Below are positions 12,191 to 24,545 of a stretch of 64,000 bases of DNA, in pieces (positions within the stretch are counted from its first letter, which is position 1; every line of letters starts with the position of its first letter). The notes under the pieces were generated by a model that saw nothing but the letters and a program-made list of their open reading frames with translations, ran no database searches and was not told the origin of the DNA. The DNA is taken from NCBI GenBank assembly GCA_028534125.1, contig CM052817.1, positions 100,566,001-100,630,000 on the forward strand, in the 5' to 3' direction. The stretch is from Lama glama. Its lineage: Eukaryota. The translations under genes and the position numbers were made by a program.

Positions 12191-13495
12191 TTTCTCATCC
12201 AAGAAATAGTTTATCAAGACTAGAAGAAAAAAGCAAAAATGAAGTGAGTAGTTTCACTTGTCTTTCTCTCATTCTACACCCTCTGGTGGCAGTGCCAAAG
12301 CACAGTGACATTGTTAAAAAGCAAAGGGTAAGTAAGAGGGAGGGGGGCAGTTAACATGGGTAAATCACACAAAAAACATTTCCTGCATAACCGAGATAGC
12401 TTTTTCTCTTCTGTATCATTTCTGAACTTTTTGTATATAAAACTATTCTAATTATTATGATTTCTGAAGGTCACAAAAGAGCATCTGAAAGAAATATTTT
12501 CCACAACTGAATGAAATAAAAATACATACACTGTTTCCCTGGAAAAAAGAGATGCAATCCGTAGCAATGTTCAATCGCAAAAATGTATGTCTGAGCAACG
12601 TTAATTTTACTGCATCTTACAGAATAAAAATAACTCTACATCAAAATATTGAGGGGAAAAAGAGAAATATCACCATGATGAAGTTCTTATGGCTTCTATA
12701 TCTAACTTTCAATCAGTCATCTGAAGAAGTGACAATTATGCAAAAAGACCCCCCAAAAGCCCTTAAGATGCTTTTGTCATTTAAATTTTAAAATACCACA
12801 TTCCAAATGACGTACAAAGCCATTTTTAATTGGCTGGGTAACAGATATTGTGCTTAAGTTAGCCTAATTAGCGTGAGAGTGGGAAAAGTTTTATACTGAT
12901 GCAAAATCCAAAAATGATGGAATGGTGCAGGAAACAAGACTACAATTGTAGTTAGTTGTTATGGAAACTATTCTACTGGTGTAGAAATGTATGTGCTAAA
13001 AACATAAGACTTACCAAGCAAATAAAAGGGGGTTTCTAACACAGTAATTTCATGAAATAAGATTTAGGTAGTAATCGTGGGGTCTATCTCACTGTTAATA
13101 AATATGTCTTCAGTTTTGCAAATATAACGCTCCACCCTAGAATAGCTGTTGCTATGGTAACAAGATACATTTGCTCATATGCATATTTTAGGATTTACTT
13201 GATAGAATTCCTTAAAAATTGGGATTTAAAAATTTTGCTGATAGGAGGACTTCTGCCTATGTCTTACTTCAATGTATCAGCAACAAAATATAAAGCCATG
13301 GTGGTAGTCATTCTTCTCTATTTAGGTTGATAATGTTTCCCAATTTTCAGTGATTGCAAAATGTGTTAAGCAGTCAACAGTACTAGTGACATTATAACTC
13401 TATGAGAATAAACTGAAAGAAAGGCTTTTAGAATCATCAACTCTTTTAAGAGACATGAGAATCATGAGAGAATCAATCATTATACTTAATATTAC

Positions 13496-13578
13496 CTTGT
13501 ATATTCTGAGACTTTGCATGGTTTCTTTCCCAAAGAAAAAGAGCGGACCTCAGAACCATGGTCCAACTTTCTTTTCAT
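13496..13578 (-). CDS. FBXW7: FBXW7 first shared exon (83 nt; MKRKLDHGSEVRSFSLGKKPCKVSEYT-)
   Basis: Acceptor TTATAG|ATG AAA AGA AAG; donor ACAAG|GTAAT in phase 2. Peptide matches FBXW7. Confidence 0.97.
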
Positions 13579-15969
13579 CTATAAGGTAAAACAAATGAGA
13601 TATATTTAAAAAGAATCACCTGTCCAACTATCAAATTTTAGCATTAGCATCAGTAATACTGAAAAAATTCTTAAATTTTTATATGCCTCTAATGTTAATT
13701 AGGCATAGTTAATTCATATAGAAAATAAATGTTTCATAGTTTCTTCTATTAGTTCTACTTTGTTTTACTCTTTATAAGACTATAAAGGTGAATCCACCCC
13801 CACTCCCAATATTTGGTCCAGAAGAACAGCGTATGGTGATTTAAAAGTTGACAAACATCATACACATTCTTTGAGAGTAATGTACCTTTCCCATTTTCTT
13901 TCTAGTTTACGAACCAACATAGGGAAACATGTCATGTTAACCTACACAGAAGAGAACCATATTTAACATGCCTTAGTGATTTTCATTTTCCTTTAAAAAC
14001 ATATTTTAAGAAGGATAAAAGAAACAACAAATTAAAAATTTCAAAATCAGAATGGAAGCGACTTAAAATACATTATTATATAAGGGTAAAAAGAACAATG
14101 TAAACAAAATGCTCTTGAGAAGTAATTATGATAAGGCATAAAGCAATGAATATGGGCAATGAGGAAAGTTAAAAAAAAGTAAATCCATAATAAGAGGGAA
14201 ATGTGGAGATGATACAATAAAGGTAGAAAAAAAGTCATCAACTGCTATTTAGACAGAATATAGTTCTACTTGACAGATGCTAACTTAGGACAAAATATTC
14301 TAACTTGAAAAGCAACAACAAAAACAAAAAGACAGAAAAAGAATGAGTTATGCATCTTTGTAAGGTATACCTAATATCTGTAGTTTTAAAGTATTTCATT
14401 ATGCTGCATAGATATGTAATATGTAAATATATTCAGAATTGTATTTTGTCATCTTCAATATTAAAGTATTTATTCTTTATATTTCACTATTGGTTAATAG
14501 AGGTCATCTAACTACATGTATGTTACAAAACTATAAAATCAGATCTGGTAAGATTCAACTTTTTCTATCTCAGCATCCCCTCTCAGGTTTGTATCTGCTA
14601 GTTAATTACTGTATCACTGAAAATGACAGCAGTGGTGGAGCAGAGGGGAGGGAATCCCAGGGTGATAGACAGTTCTCCTCATTTTTATAAAAAGGTGAAA
14701 ACCCTCACTTTGCAGCAGCCTTATTTTCTTACCTACTGCCTCACATGGAACATCATTAACTCGCATGCTACACCATAAATACTAAAGAGAACCAACCAGA
14801 CTCTAAAAATCTTTTTGAACCACATTCTGGTTAATAAAGACTGCGCTTTTATCATCATGAAGAAAGTCTTCTAAAACACAGGGATTATTTTCCAACGTTA
14901 GAGGCAAGAGGTGAGGGTAGGACAAGCTCCTCCACAATTTATACCTTGGCTCATGAAATGCCTACTGAAAGAAATGGAATTAGTCTTATTTCAACCCTTC
15001 AGAAGTTTCTGTACTCATTACATTATTTTAAAGTGATTCCTCTCAAAATCCCTTATTTTCTTTCTCCAAATAATTTTGTTAAAAAGCAAAAATAAATACT
15101 TTAATACATAGGTAACCACGTGCTTGAATGTGTATAAATTATAGGCACACATGTACATCCACAGAAAGGTATCCATCAGGAAGGTCGGTCAGTACAGATT
15201 ACCCTAAAAATCTATTTTTTATAACTTTCACAGATTCTCATTTTCAAAACTATTATGAGAAACTTTGATATTCACTGCAATTAAGTTTGTAATACCGGCT
15301 TTCAGAACTTCTCTGGATAGCTTGTAAATACATTGGTGCAAATGCCATTTGCCACTAAAAGCAAACTTTATTTCCATCTTAGAAATCCTTCAGCATATAA
15401 AAATGCCCAAAATACATATCAAGGGAACCACCGAGAAAGGATTTTTATCTTTAGAATATTTTATAAAACAAAGCACTTTCTGTATGACTATGTAAATCTT
15501 TTAAATATTACATTGTTTACTGAAAATACTGACTTAAGAAACAAAAATTAATTCTGCAATTTTTAAGGGCTGCAGAAAGTAAATATAATCTCTTTAAATA
15601 TAAATACCCAATATTCTAGTGACTGTATGCTTTAAAAGAGTCCACGAAAGAAAAAAAGAAAAACGTATATATGAGGTACAGAAAAATAAAACGCAAAGGT
15701 TCACTAAAAGCTAACTAAGGGTAGAGTATTTCCAGGTTAGCATTTAACGGAGCCACGTTTCTGAAGTCTGAATATATTTTTAGAGAAAAATTCTCAGATT
15801 AAAATGTACATTTTATTTTCAATGTAAAGCTTCTTACAGCTCACGTTGTCTTTTCCATTATTTCCTCACATTCACGATCTAAAACAGAATACCAGACATC
15901 CAGCCACCCACCAAAATTAGAGGATACTGCAGCCATCTCTGATGATACAGATTTTCCTTCTCAGGCAGG

Positions 15970-15972
<3 letters not shown>

Positions 15973-16000
<28 letters not shown>
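15973..16000. repeat. (AC)14 microsatellite
   Basis: Read directly from the sequence. Confidence 0.95.
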
Positions 16001-16004
<4 letters not shown>

Positions 16005-16035
16005 ATACAACACAGGAAGAAAACAGATTACTTAC

Positions 16036-16296
16036 TTTGTAAAAAATCATTTTTAGTGTGCCGTAGAAACCCATATTTTCTGGATTTTTCCCCTTCAGTG
16101 ATTCTGTGCCCCCGTGTGTCCGGCTGCTTGGCAGTCTCTGACAATATAAACCTTTTTCAGGTAGGTATGTCACAGATTCTAATGTGGACATGCTCAGGCA
16201 CGTCAGAAAAGGAAGATTAGGGAGCAGAACCGGCAACAAAACTCCACAGCAAAGGCAAATGCAGCTCAGTATCAAGCCGCTTCTCGGGACGCACAT
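16036..16296 (-). CDS. FBXW7: FBXW7 beta-isoform first coding exon (87 aa, hydrophobic N-terminal segment; cytoplasmic/ER isoform)
   Basis: Translates MCVPRSGLILSCICLCCGVLLPVLLPNLPFLTCLSMSTLESVTYLPEKGLYCQRLPSSRTHGGTESLKGKNPENMGFYGTLKMIFYK. Ends AAA|GTAAGT in phase 0 (261 nt). Confidence 0.97.
16186..16205 (+). promoter_or_regulatory. p53 response element inside the beta coding exon
   Basis: GGACATGCTC (perfect RRRCWWGYYY) is directly followed by AGGCACGTCA (2 mismatches). FBXW7-beta is an established p53 target. Confidence 0.75.
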
Positions 16297-16620
16297 ACAT
16301 GCATGCAGCCTGACTGAGGAGAACTCGAGGGAATAATGAGAGAGAACCGAGAAGATTATTGGAGGAGACTGTGCCCTGTCAAAGCCTTGACTGAACAGAT
16401 TCCTCCCTCAGCAGCAGAGGGATCAGATTACATCTTCCCTTGAACACAGAATGGTGCAGTCCAGGATTCAGCAATGCAGACTGCACATCAATTATATGGT
16501 GATCCGCTCCAGGGAGCCCGTAAGCACACAAGACGCTGAACAGAGGGAGGATGTGGGCAGCAAATGAGACCGCCCCCACACGACAGCCCCCTCTCTCCCC
16601 TTTCAAACTTTCAGGAGGTT
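16297..16620 (-). promoter_or_regulatory. FBXW7-beta 5'UTR and proximal promoter
   Basis: Locally GC-richer, apparently repeat-free sequence upstream of the beta ATG, with a GC-box (CCGCCCCC) near 16570. The TSS cannot be placed from sequence. Confidence 0.55.
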
Positions 16621-17864
16621 ATTTTTGCATTTTGTAACACCTGCATTTTTGAAGACTTTTACATGGCCAGCGTCATTCCACAAATAAGTCCTTTCAGAAG
16701 CATTTTGAAAATGGAATATATTTTCATATGGTCCTCCCAACAGAAGCAAAGCAGTCTATTTCCCCTAACTGTTACCCTACTGCAGTCCTGGCACAGACTG
16801 ATCAGATTTTTTCAAGTAGCTTGGATGGTACAAAACGGGCAATTCCAAAGGGAGAAATTCAATATTCTTTGGGGCGATTTACAAGAAAGTAAACCAGTTT
16901 GGAGCATACAGCATTTGCAGAAATTACGTAATAAGTTATATTTCAACCTGTACATTTCTTATATTAAGATTTAATGTAAATATTCCCTATGCTTTTCCAT
17001 TCCATTCGTTTAAAACGTAATTTTCAAGAAAATTACCACACACTTCATCAATCCTTACTAATCAAGAGAATATCTTTTTATGATTAACAAACCAACACTG
17101 AGTATAGAAAGTTTGGCTGAAAGGTTCTATTTCTCCAAAAACTGCTCACTGGAGAGTCTTACAATTATTTGTTAATTTAATCTTGGGTAAACAAGAGGCA
17201 CTGGACTTCTACTTCCAAAATTATTTTCACAATGTGTACTGCTTATCATTAAAAAGGTATTTTATATAATAATAAAGGTTCCAAAGTTGGCCTGAAGGCA
17301 ACCTTTTTCCTAGAATGACTACTACACAAATCTAGATATTTCATCTTGCAACTTGCGTGCTACAAAACTAGCTTCAGAGGCAATTATAAGATTCTTTGGA
17401 CTAGAAAGGCCCATTATTAAGGGTCTAGTTAATTAACTCCCACCCTCCCCATTAACATTCTTTATTACAAATAAACTGTGTGCCTATAGTTATTTAAGTA
17501 CTTAGAAAGTTTCTTCAGGAAAAAAAGCAATACTATTTAGACTTACTACATTTTAATATTCTCTGACTTTTGTTAGGGAAATGATCCTAAACACTGTATA
17601 AAGCAGTATCATAATTTTAAAAATAAATGTTTACCTTTTTAATTAAGACATTAAGTCAGCACAATGTCTTTTAACTTAAAACATAAGCAAAATAAGATAA
17701 TCTAAAATTTTATGAAAAGGTACATCTTGGGTCTTCTGGAAATTATATTCTACAGTCTATTATCTTTTTAAAAATTCTCCTACCTGGCTCTTAAATTAAT
17801 CCTTACCCTCAGAAACAGTATGTACAGGTACCAGCAAAAGTTACTTAGTTTTCTAACTTAAAAG

Positions 17865-18165
17865 ACATATTACTAAATGAAAGAAGCTAGTCTGAAAAGG
17901 CTACAAACTGTATGATTTCAACCAAATGACATTCTGGAAAAGGCACAGCTACAGGAACAATAAAAAGATCATGGTTTCTAGGGGTTTGGGGAGAGGGAAG
18001 GAGGGAAGAATGAAAAGATGGAGCACAAGGGATTTTTAGGGCAATGGAATTATTCTGTATGATACTACAGTGGTGGCTACATGTCATTATGCATTTGTCA
18101 AAATCCATAGAATGTACAACATCAAGAGTGAACCTTAATGTAAACTATGGACTTTGGTTGATTTA
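17865..18165 (+). mobile_element. LINE-1 3'UTR fragment (L1MC/MD-like)
   Basis: GAAAAGGCTACAAACTGTATGATTTCAAC...GTGAACCTTAATGTAAACTATGGACTTTGG. Confidence 0.8.
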
Positions 18166-21100
18166 AAAAAAATTAGTTTTCTACATAAACAATTAGCTTA
18201 CTTCAAAGGAAAGTTCCTTTTAAAAAGAAATCTCTTACTCTTAGCAAAAAAAATCCAACTGTTAGGAATGGATCCATAAATCCTTTTATTACAGCTTTGG
18301 AGTGCTCAGGATTTGGGGGTGGGGGGGAAGGACCCCCTCCTTCCCTCAGTTGTGGGCTATCTGAAGAAATTAACTGTAAAATGAACACCTGAAATTTCCT
18401 GTAAGGCCTGTTGGAGGACAAAGAGACTGCCCATCTAGCAGTCATAGAACAGTAAACATCTTGACTTCAGCTGAAGCCATGTCCTATCTCTGGCTGAACT
18501 AACCTTTCCAAATTAATTCTACTCAGTTGAGGACACAGGCCAATTTTAATAAACCAAGAGCACTGTCTCAAAATCTAGGATGTTTAAAGAAGAAACTATC
18601 TTAACTTTGCATATTCAAAGAATGCTCTTCTGGTGACACGGCTCCTATGCATGGCTAGGATGCCACAGGAAAACATGATTGTCACAAATGTATGTTTATA
18701 TGTAGGTATGTATATTCATATTTTATCTTTGAGTAGGCAAAATATCTACATGGCTCAAAAATCAAAATGATACACAAAAACTAAACACTGAGAAGACTTT
18801 CCAACACCCCCAACCACCTATCTACCATGGTTCCCACTTGTAATGATGTTTATTAGTTTGTTTATCCTTTAAGTGAGAATGTATATGTTTATAAGTACTC
18901 ATGAAGACTTTATTTTCCCAAGTATTTAAACAATTCTCCCTAATATCTTGTTTACAATGTTAATTTGAACTGTGAAGAATTTGTCAAGCAAAGCTAGTCA
19001 ACCAAATCTCTAACTAGACTTCAAATTAATAGAATAAAAATGAATGATTTGTAATATTCTTTGAAGTACCAGTAATGAAAACTGTGATTTATTAGATTAC
19101 TTTCATCATAATCTATATATGAACAACACAAATGATTTCTCACATTCCTATTTCTGGGAGTCTTGGCTAAAATACAGATGTTTAAAACTTTATTAAGAGA
19201 TTTAAGGTTTTTAGTAATATTACTGATAAAGACTTTATATGTGAATCTATGTCTGTCTTATCCCTGTGGTAGACAGAAATACTGTAAAGTTGAAATCAGT
19301 CCAAAATCTGTTAAATAAATGTAACAAAAACAAAAGTATTTTATGCTTTAGGCTGCAGTGTTAACAAGTAAGTTCACTGAAAAGGCTAGAGAGTTAACCA
19401 TCATAGCTAAAAAAAAAAATACTTGTGTTTGTCATCATTTTTTAGAATTAATATCTCAATGTATTAAATATATTTTCACTACAATAAAGTAAATCTTCAT
19501 GTAATATCAGCTAAACAATAAATTTCCCATTCTATAAAAAATTATTTCTTCTGCTGACAAGCTATAAGCCTTACTGAAAATCTACAAGCAAGGGCAGGGA
19601 CTATCAGTGAAGTCCTGGACCATAGACTGTCTGCTAACTCAGACCCAATGCTCATCCCATCACAACTCCACTGAGCTGGGTGTATGAGGAATGCATGAGA
19701 GCAGTAGCTCGAAAAATAAAAAAACAGCACAAAGATATGAAGATGTGCTGCCCCAGAGTGTAAGCGTCTGGGAAATACTGACAGAGGAATGATTAGCCCG
19801 TGAGCTAGTACAGAGAAATGGCTCTTTCTGAGCAACTGGTTGGGATGACTAAGTTTTCAGAAGGGCAAGCTGTGGTTATGGGCAGAAACAAAAACTAACC
19901 TACATACAAATGGTGAGGAAAATACAAACAGTAAAACAGTCTCCACTTGATCATGTTATCTTCAGGGAAGTACCTATCTTTATATATGGTGTCAACAGAG
20001 GAAGGAACCCTTAACAGAGTACTTTTCCTCACCTTGACTCTCAGAGTTCAGTATTTCCATTTCAAACATATTCTTCTATTACTGCACTTATCACACCTCC
20101 TTGTACTTATTTTTATACATCTTTCTCTCCTACCATTTGAAGGTTCACTTCTCACATAGTAGAAAAATGATACATAACAAATAATTAATAGTTTTGAATA
20201 ACTGGCCACATAAGCAACTAGTAGCAAACATAACATCATTTTTCTAAAGCATAAATGTATGCCTAGTACTAAACTATACTTAGTACTAAAAGGCTCAACT
20301 ATTGTATTATAATTAGTTGATGATACTATAAATTTTATTGCTTCTTTTCATTACTTTGCCAACATTTAAAAATCTACTTCCATTTTATAATAGTAGGAGA
20401 ATGTGTTTATATCTGTATGTCAGTGACTTTCTTTATTACTATATGACAACATTCTTTACACTGATATTATACTAGGAAAACCACCTACACGGTTAGCTGT
20501 CTTGCCCTGAGTACAGGATTTAGATTAGAGACAGTTTGGGATTTCAACATCAAAGAAAGGAATGCCGAGCATGTTGAGGTCGAAATTAATTTTCTGAAAT
20601 CTCACTAACCCACCGTCATTAAGTTTCTGGGATGCAAGTTCTTAAAAGATTCACAACTAAAACTGGCAAGTTAATAGACCATTCTATCACAGGTATTATC
20701 CATTAAAATAGTATGTATGCCCAGCATCTACGTTTTCCTTAATACAAGTAGGTGGCAGTAATGATCAATAAGCTATTTTCATATTTATGCACGCATACTG
20801 CATTTATTTTACACCTACTATGTGTCAAGATAGTATATAATCAAAAAACTTTTTTTTCACTGAATTTATGGTCAATTTAAGACAGAAAATAATATATCTG
20901 ATTCTTAGAACTCACACTGAAATTAATTCAAAAAATTTTTTGAGACTATGTATAATGAAACAAGTTGAGTCAGATTTAGATTGAAATTACCATCCAAATA
21001 AACAAATATTAAAATACTACAGCATTTAAAAAATACCTAAACATTAAATATTGTTCTAAATAACAACTTTTTTTTAAAACACACTTGTTGGGAAATGAAA

Positions 21101-24094
21101 GGGATGCTTATAATAATATACAAAACCCTAACCTCAATAAAGCAAAATGCAAATTAAAATATCATAGATTAGACAGGTTTCAACATTTTAAAAAATAACT
21201 ATGATTGTAGAGTGGTTCTTTTATACATTTTTCTTTTTCCTGAAGTTCAAAATATATATAACTTTCTTTACAAAATGCAACCCCTGAGGATTTGACACAA
21301 ATAACCTGCAATGTTGATTCAAGAGTAAAAGTTTTTTTCATCTCTTAGATTGGGCCAAATTAGTCACCTGCTAATCATACACACAAATGTATGTGTCTAC
21401 CAATATACAAACATACGCACCTACAGAGTTTCACACAACGATGCAAATTAGGAGTTCTATTTACCACAGCCACAGAAGAAAACAATGAAGACGGGTTGTT
21501 TGCAATTCTGAAATTTGTAGTTACGGAGCTGTCAGAGACTTAACACATATACCAAACATTCCTTACCATACTTCTTTACAGACAGGCAACATCTGCAGTA
21601 ACTTGACAAAGTTAGTAAGTCACTCTGGAGTTTATCCTGATTTATCTAGAAAGCAGTTAATCTTTATATCTCATGCTTCAGATCCAAAATAAACTACCAC
21701 TAAGCATTTTGAATTCACATCTAAGAGTTTACTCTCAAATTTTTATTACAAATTTTTGGGTAGTAATCCCTTCAGTAAAGTAAGAAAAATATCATGGAAA
21801 ACTATTTTTAAAAAGTTAATTTCAAGAAAAATAAAACAGCAAATATGAGCCAGGAAGGACTTAAATTGACATGGAGAAAGAATGAAATCAGTTTCTCTCC
21901 GTGTATGGTTTAGAACCATATTCACTCTTCTTTCTCTATTGAATTTGATAATTACTGCTGTTGTTTGTGATGTTCAAATATATTCACATGACTTGAGAAA
22001 AATTTTCTACAGACATGGCATACCAATCTTGTATCTTAATATTAAAATAACCTTTCATTTTAAGAACTGTTTAAAATTCTGAAATTAATTTCTTATTTTA
22101 GCTATTAGTCATGACCAAAAAGCTTAGAGAAAAGAGCTACAGACTAGGAAGTAAAAAGGTTACACCCACTGAATCAATAAAAAAACACTAATAGCAGTTA
22201 AGTCATAGAGTTTAGAACTAGAAGGGATCCTGGAAATCATCTAATCTAATTCCCTCTTGTTTGTGGAATGAACATAAGTTTTGGAATTGGAGAAATCTGA
22301 GTTTAAACACCGGCTATGCCATTATTAGCGTGTAAACTTCATAGGGGTTATTTGCCCTTCATGAGTTCCAGTTTCTCTTTTTTTGTGAAAATGTAATGGT
22401 AATACCATTTACCTTACGAAAGAACCTAAGCCACAGAGTCATTGTGAGGACACAGGGATGCCCAGCATATAACAGATATCCTATAAACACCCTATAAAAC
22501 AGTAACTGTTATTAACAGGTAAGAAAGGCAAAGAAGAGAATTAAGTGTCTTGCTCAGGGTTATATAGCTATTTGAGAACATTAGACTCTGGTCCCAGGTT
22601 TGCTACTTTTAACCAATTTCCATTTGATATGTGATGGCTCAAGTTGAACTTAAAAAAAAAAATCAGACATTACTGAAGAAGGAAAAAAGTGTTACATTTT
22701 GCAAATAGCAATTAAATATGCAAACTACTACTAAATCTTAATGACTGAGTTCATGGAGTGATTATCTGGGTCCACAGTTCTGCTACATGTGGGAAATGTG
22801 AGGTAAAGATACGGTAACTGGGGAAAAAGTCACAGAAACTGAAAAATTTAGGTTAAATGAAATCAATCAATTAAGAAATAATCACCTACTATATCCCAGT
22901 ATCTGCAAAATGCTACTGAAGTCAACTAAAAACATCATAATAACCTCCATCCCCAAGAGACTTAAAATTCAGCTGGCAAGACAAGAAACTAATAGAGGAC
23001 AATATTTGACTAGATATTAAGTGCCAACCTGGGTAGTTTAGGAGGTCAAAAAATGGAATAGTCATTTAAATAGTCTGAGATTTCACAAAACATACAGTCT
23101 TGTTTCTAAGTTTAAAAGACAGAAATTTGGTAGATGTTGAGGAAATAGAAGGAAATTATCATCTGTGGACCTAAGATATATGTGGAAAGGCCACATCGTT
23201 AACTTGAAGGATTAACGACATCTATAAAATATCTACCAGCCACTAGTCATAGTAAAGTTCATTAGGGAATAACCTACTTAGTATTATTACTTCCTAATTC
23301 AAACATTTAATACTACAGTTAAAATAGTCTTTAACTTACTAGTAATGGTTTCTTCAAAAGTACTTCCTGCCATGACTCATTCTTCCATTTTAGGGCTAAT
23401 ATGTGTCTTTCTGTACAAGGAGAACTTGGCTGTGTGGGTGTGAAGACTGTAGATTTTTTATTTCAGTTACAAACGCTGACTAAGAAGGGGTCTTTCTGTT
23501 TCCATGGGCACTTATACCAGAAATCACACACACAAGCAGACTGTGCTCTTGAATATAGGGGGGAATGGTGCAGAAATAAGAGATTTCTTAAATAAACATT
23601 CATTCAAATCGTATACTTAACCAAAAAACTTGATGAAAAGACAATAAAAAATGTAACTCAGGGCAAAGGTGGAGAACTGACTCATTGACTCTCACCAACA
23701 CGTGGCCAAAAGCACCTCTGCTATTCCAAAATGCAGCTTGCTTAGAAAATGAACTACTTTGTCTTGTTCTACTCCCAGCCCCTCCTCCCCATGCCCTGCC
23801 CCTCCAGCCTCCAGACTCAAAGCCTCCTTCTAAGGAATAGACTTCACGATAGAGCATTTTGAAATCCTAGAAACTGTTCATCACGTGCAGAACGACAGGA
23901 AGAATTACTGGTAAGTAGGAGGCATGTGAGGCTCAAACATGATACAAAGTAGGGTCCTTTTCAAAATATATACGCATATGTGTATGTGCATGTGTACGCA
24001 TGGAGAAAAGCCTACGTAAATATATAAAAATGTACACAGTGGTCAGCTAAGTGGCTTAAGAAGAGATTTTCCTTATTTTTTTTAAGCTGTCAAT

Positions 24095-24545
24095 AAACAA
24101 GCATTCCTTACTATGTGCTAACAACTATTCTAAGCAAACAGTGCAGATGAGCGCTCTAGTCGCCTATGGCTTACATTCTGCAGTGGGGGAAAACACATAA
24201 TAAGTAAACTAATAAATGAACTAGATAACTTCATACAATGCTAAGCTGTAAGAGAGAAATAAAACGGGTACTGTGAAAGAAGTAGGTAGTTAACAGAGGG
24301 TAGTAGAGTATTGTGGCTAATTTTGAACTGTATCACTCAGGAAACAATTTTTAAGTCAAAATGATAGGGTCGAGCCTAGATCAACAAGAACCAGGCCAGT
24401 CTGGCCAAGAGGAAGGGACTGGTACAGGATGAAGTCAGAGAGGTAACCAAGGGCCAGATCACATAGGATCTTGTAGACTATGGTCAAGAGTTTGGATTTA
24501 ATTAATTCCAAGTGCAGTGTGAAGTCAGTAGAGGATTTCTAGAAT
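24095..24545 (-). mobile_element. LINE-2 fragment
   Basis: CTACTATGTGC-like start...GCTTACATTC...GGGCCAGATCACATAGGATCTTGTAGAC motifs. Confidence 0.65.

Noticed and set aside
16379..16974. ORFs 16379..16606 (-) and 16564..16974 (+)
   Set aside because: No recognisable protein; the long frames are compatible with chance in the GC-richer promoter region.
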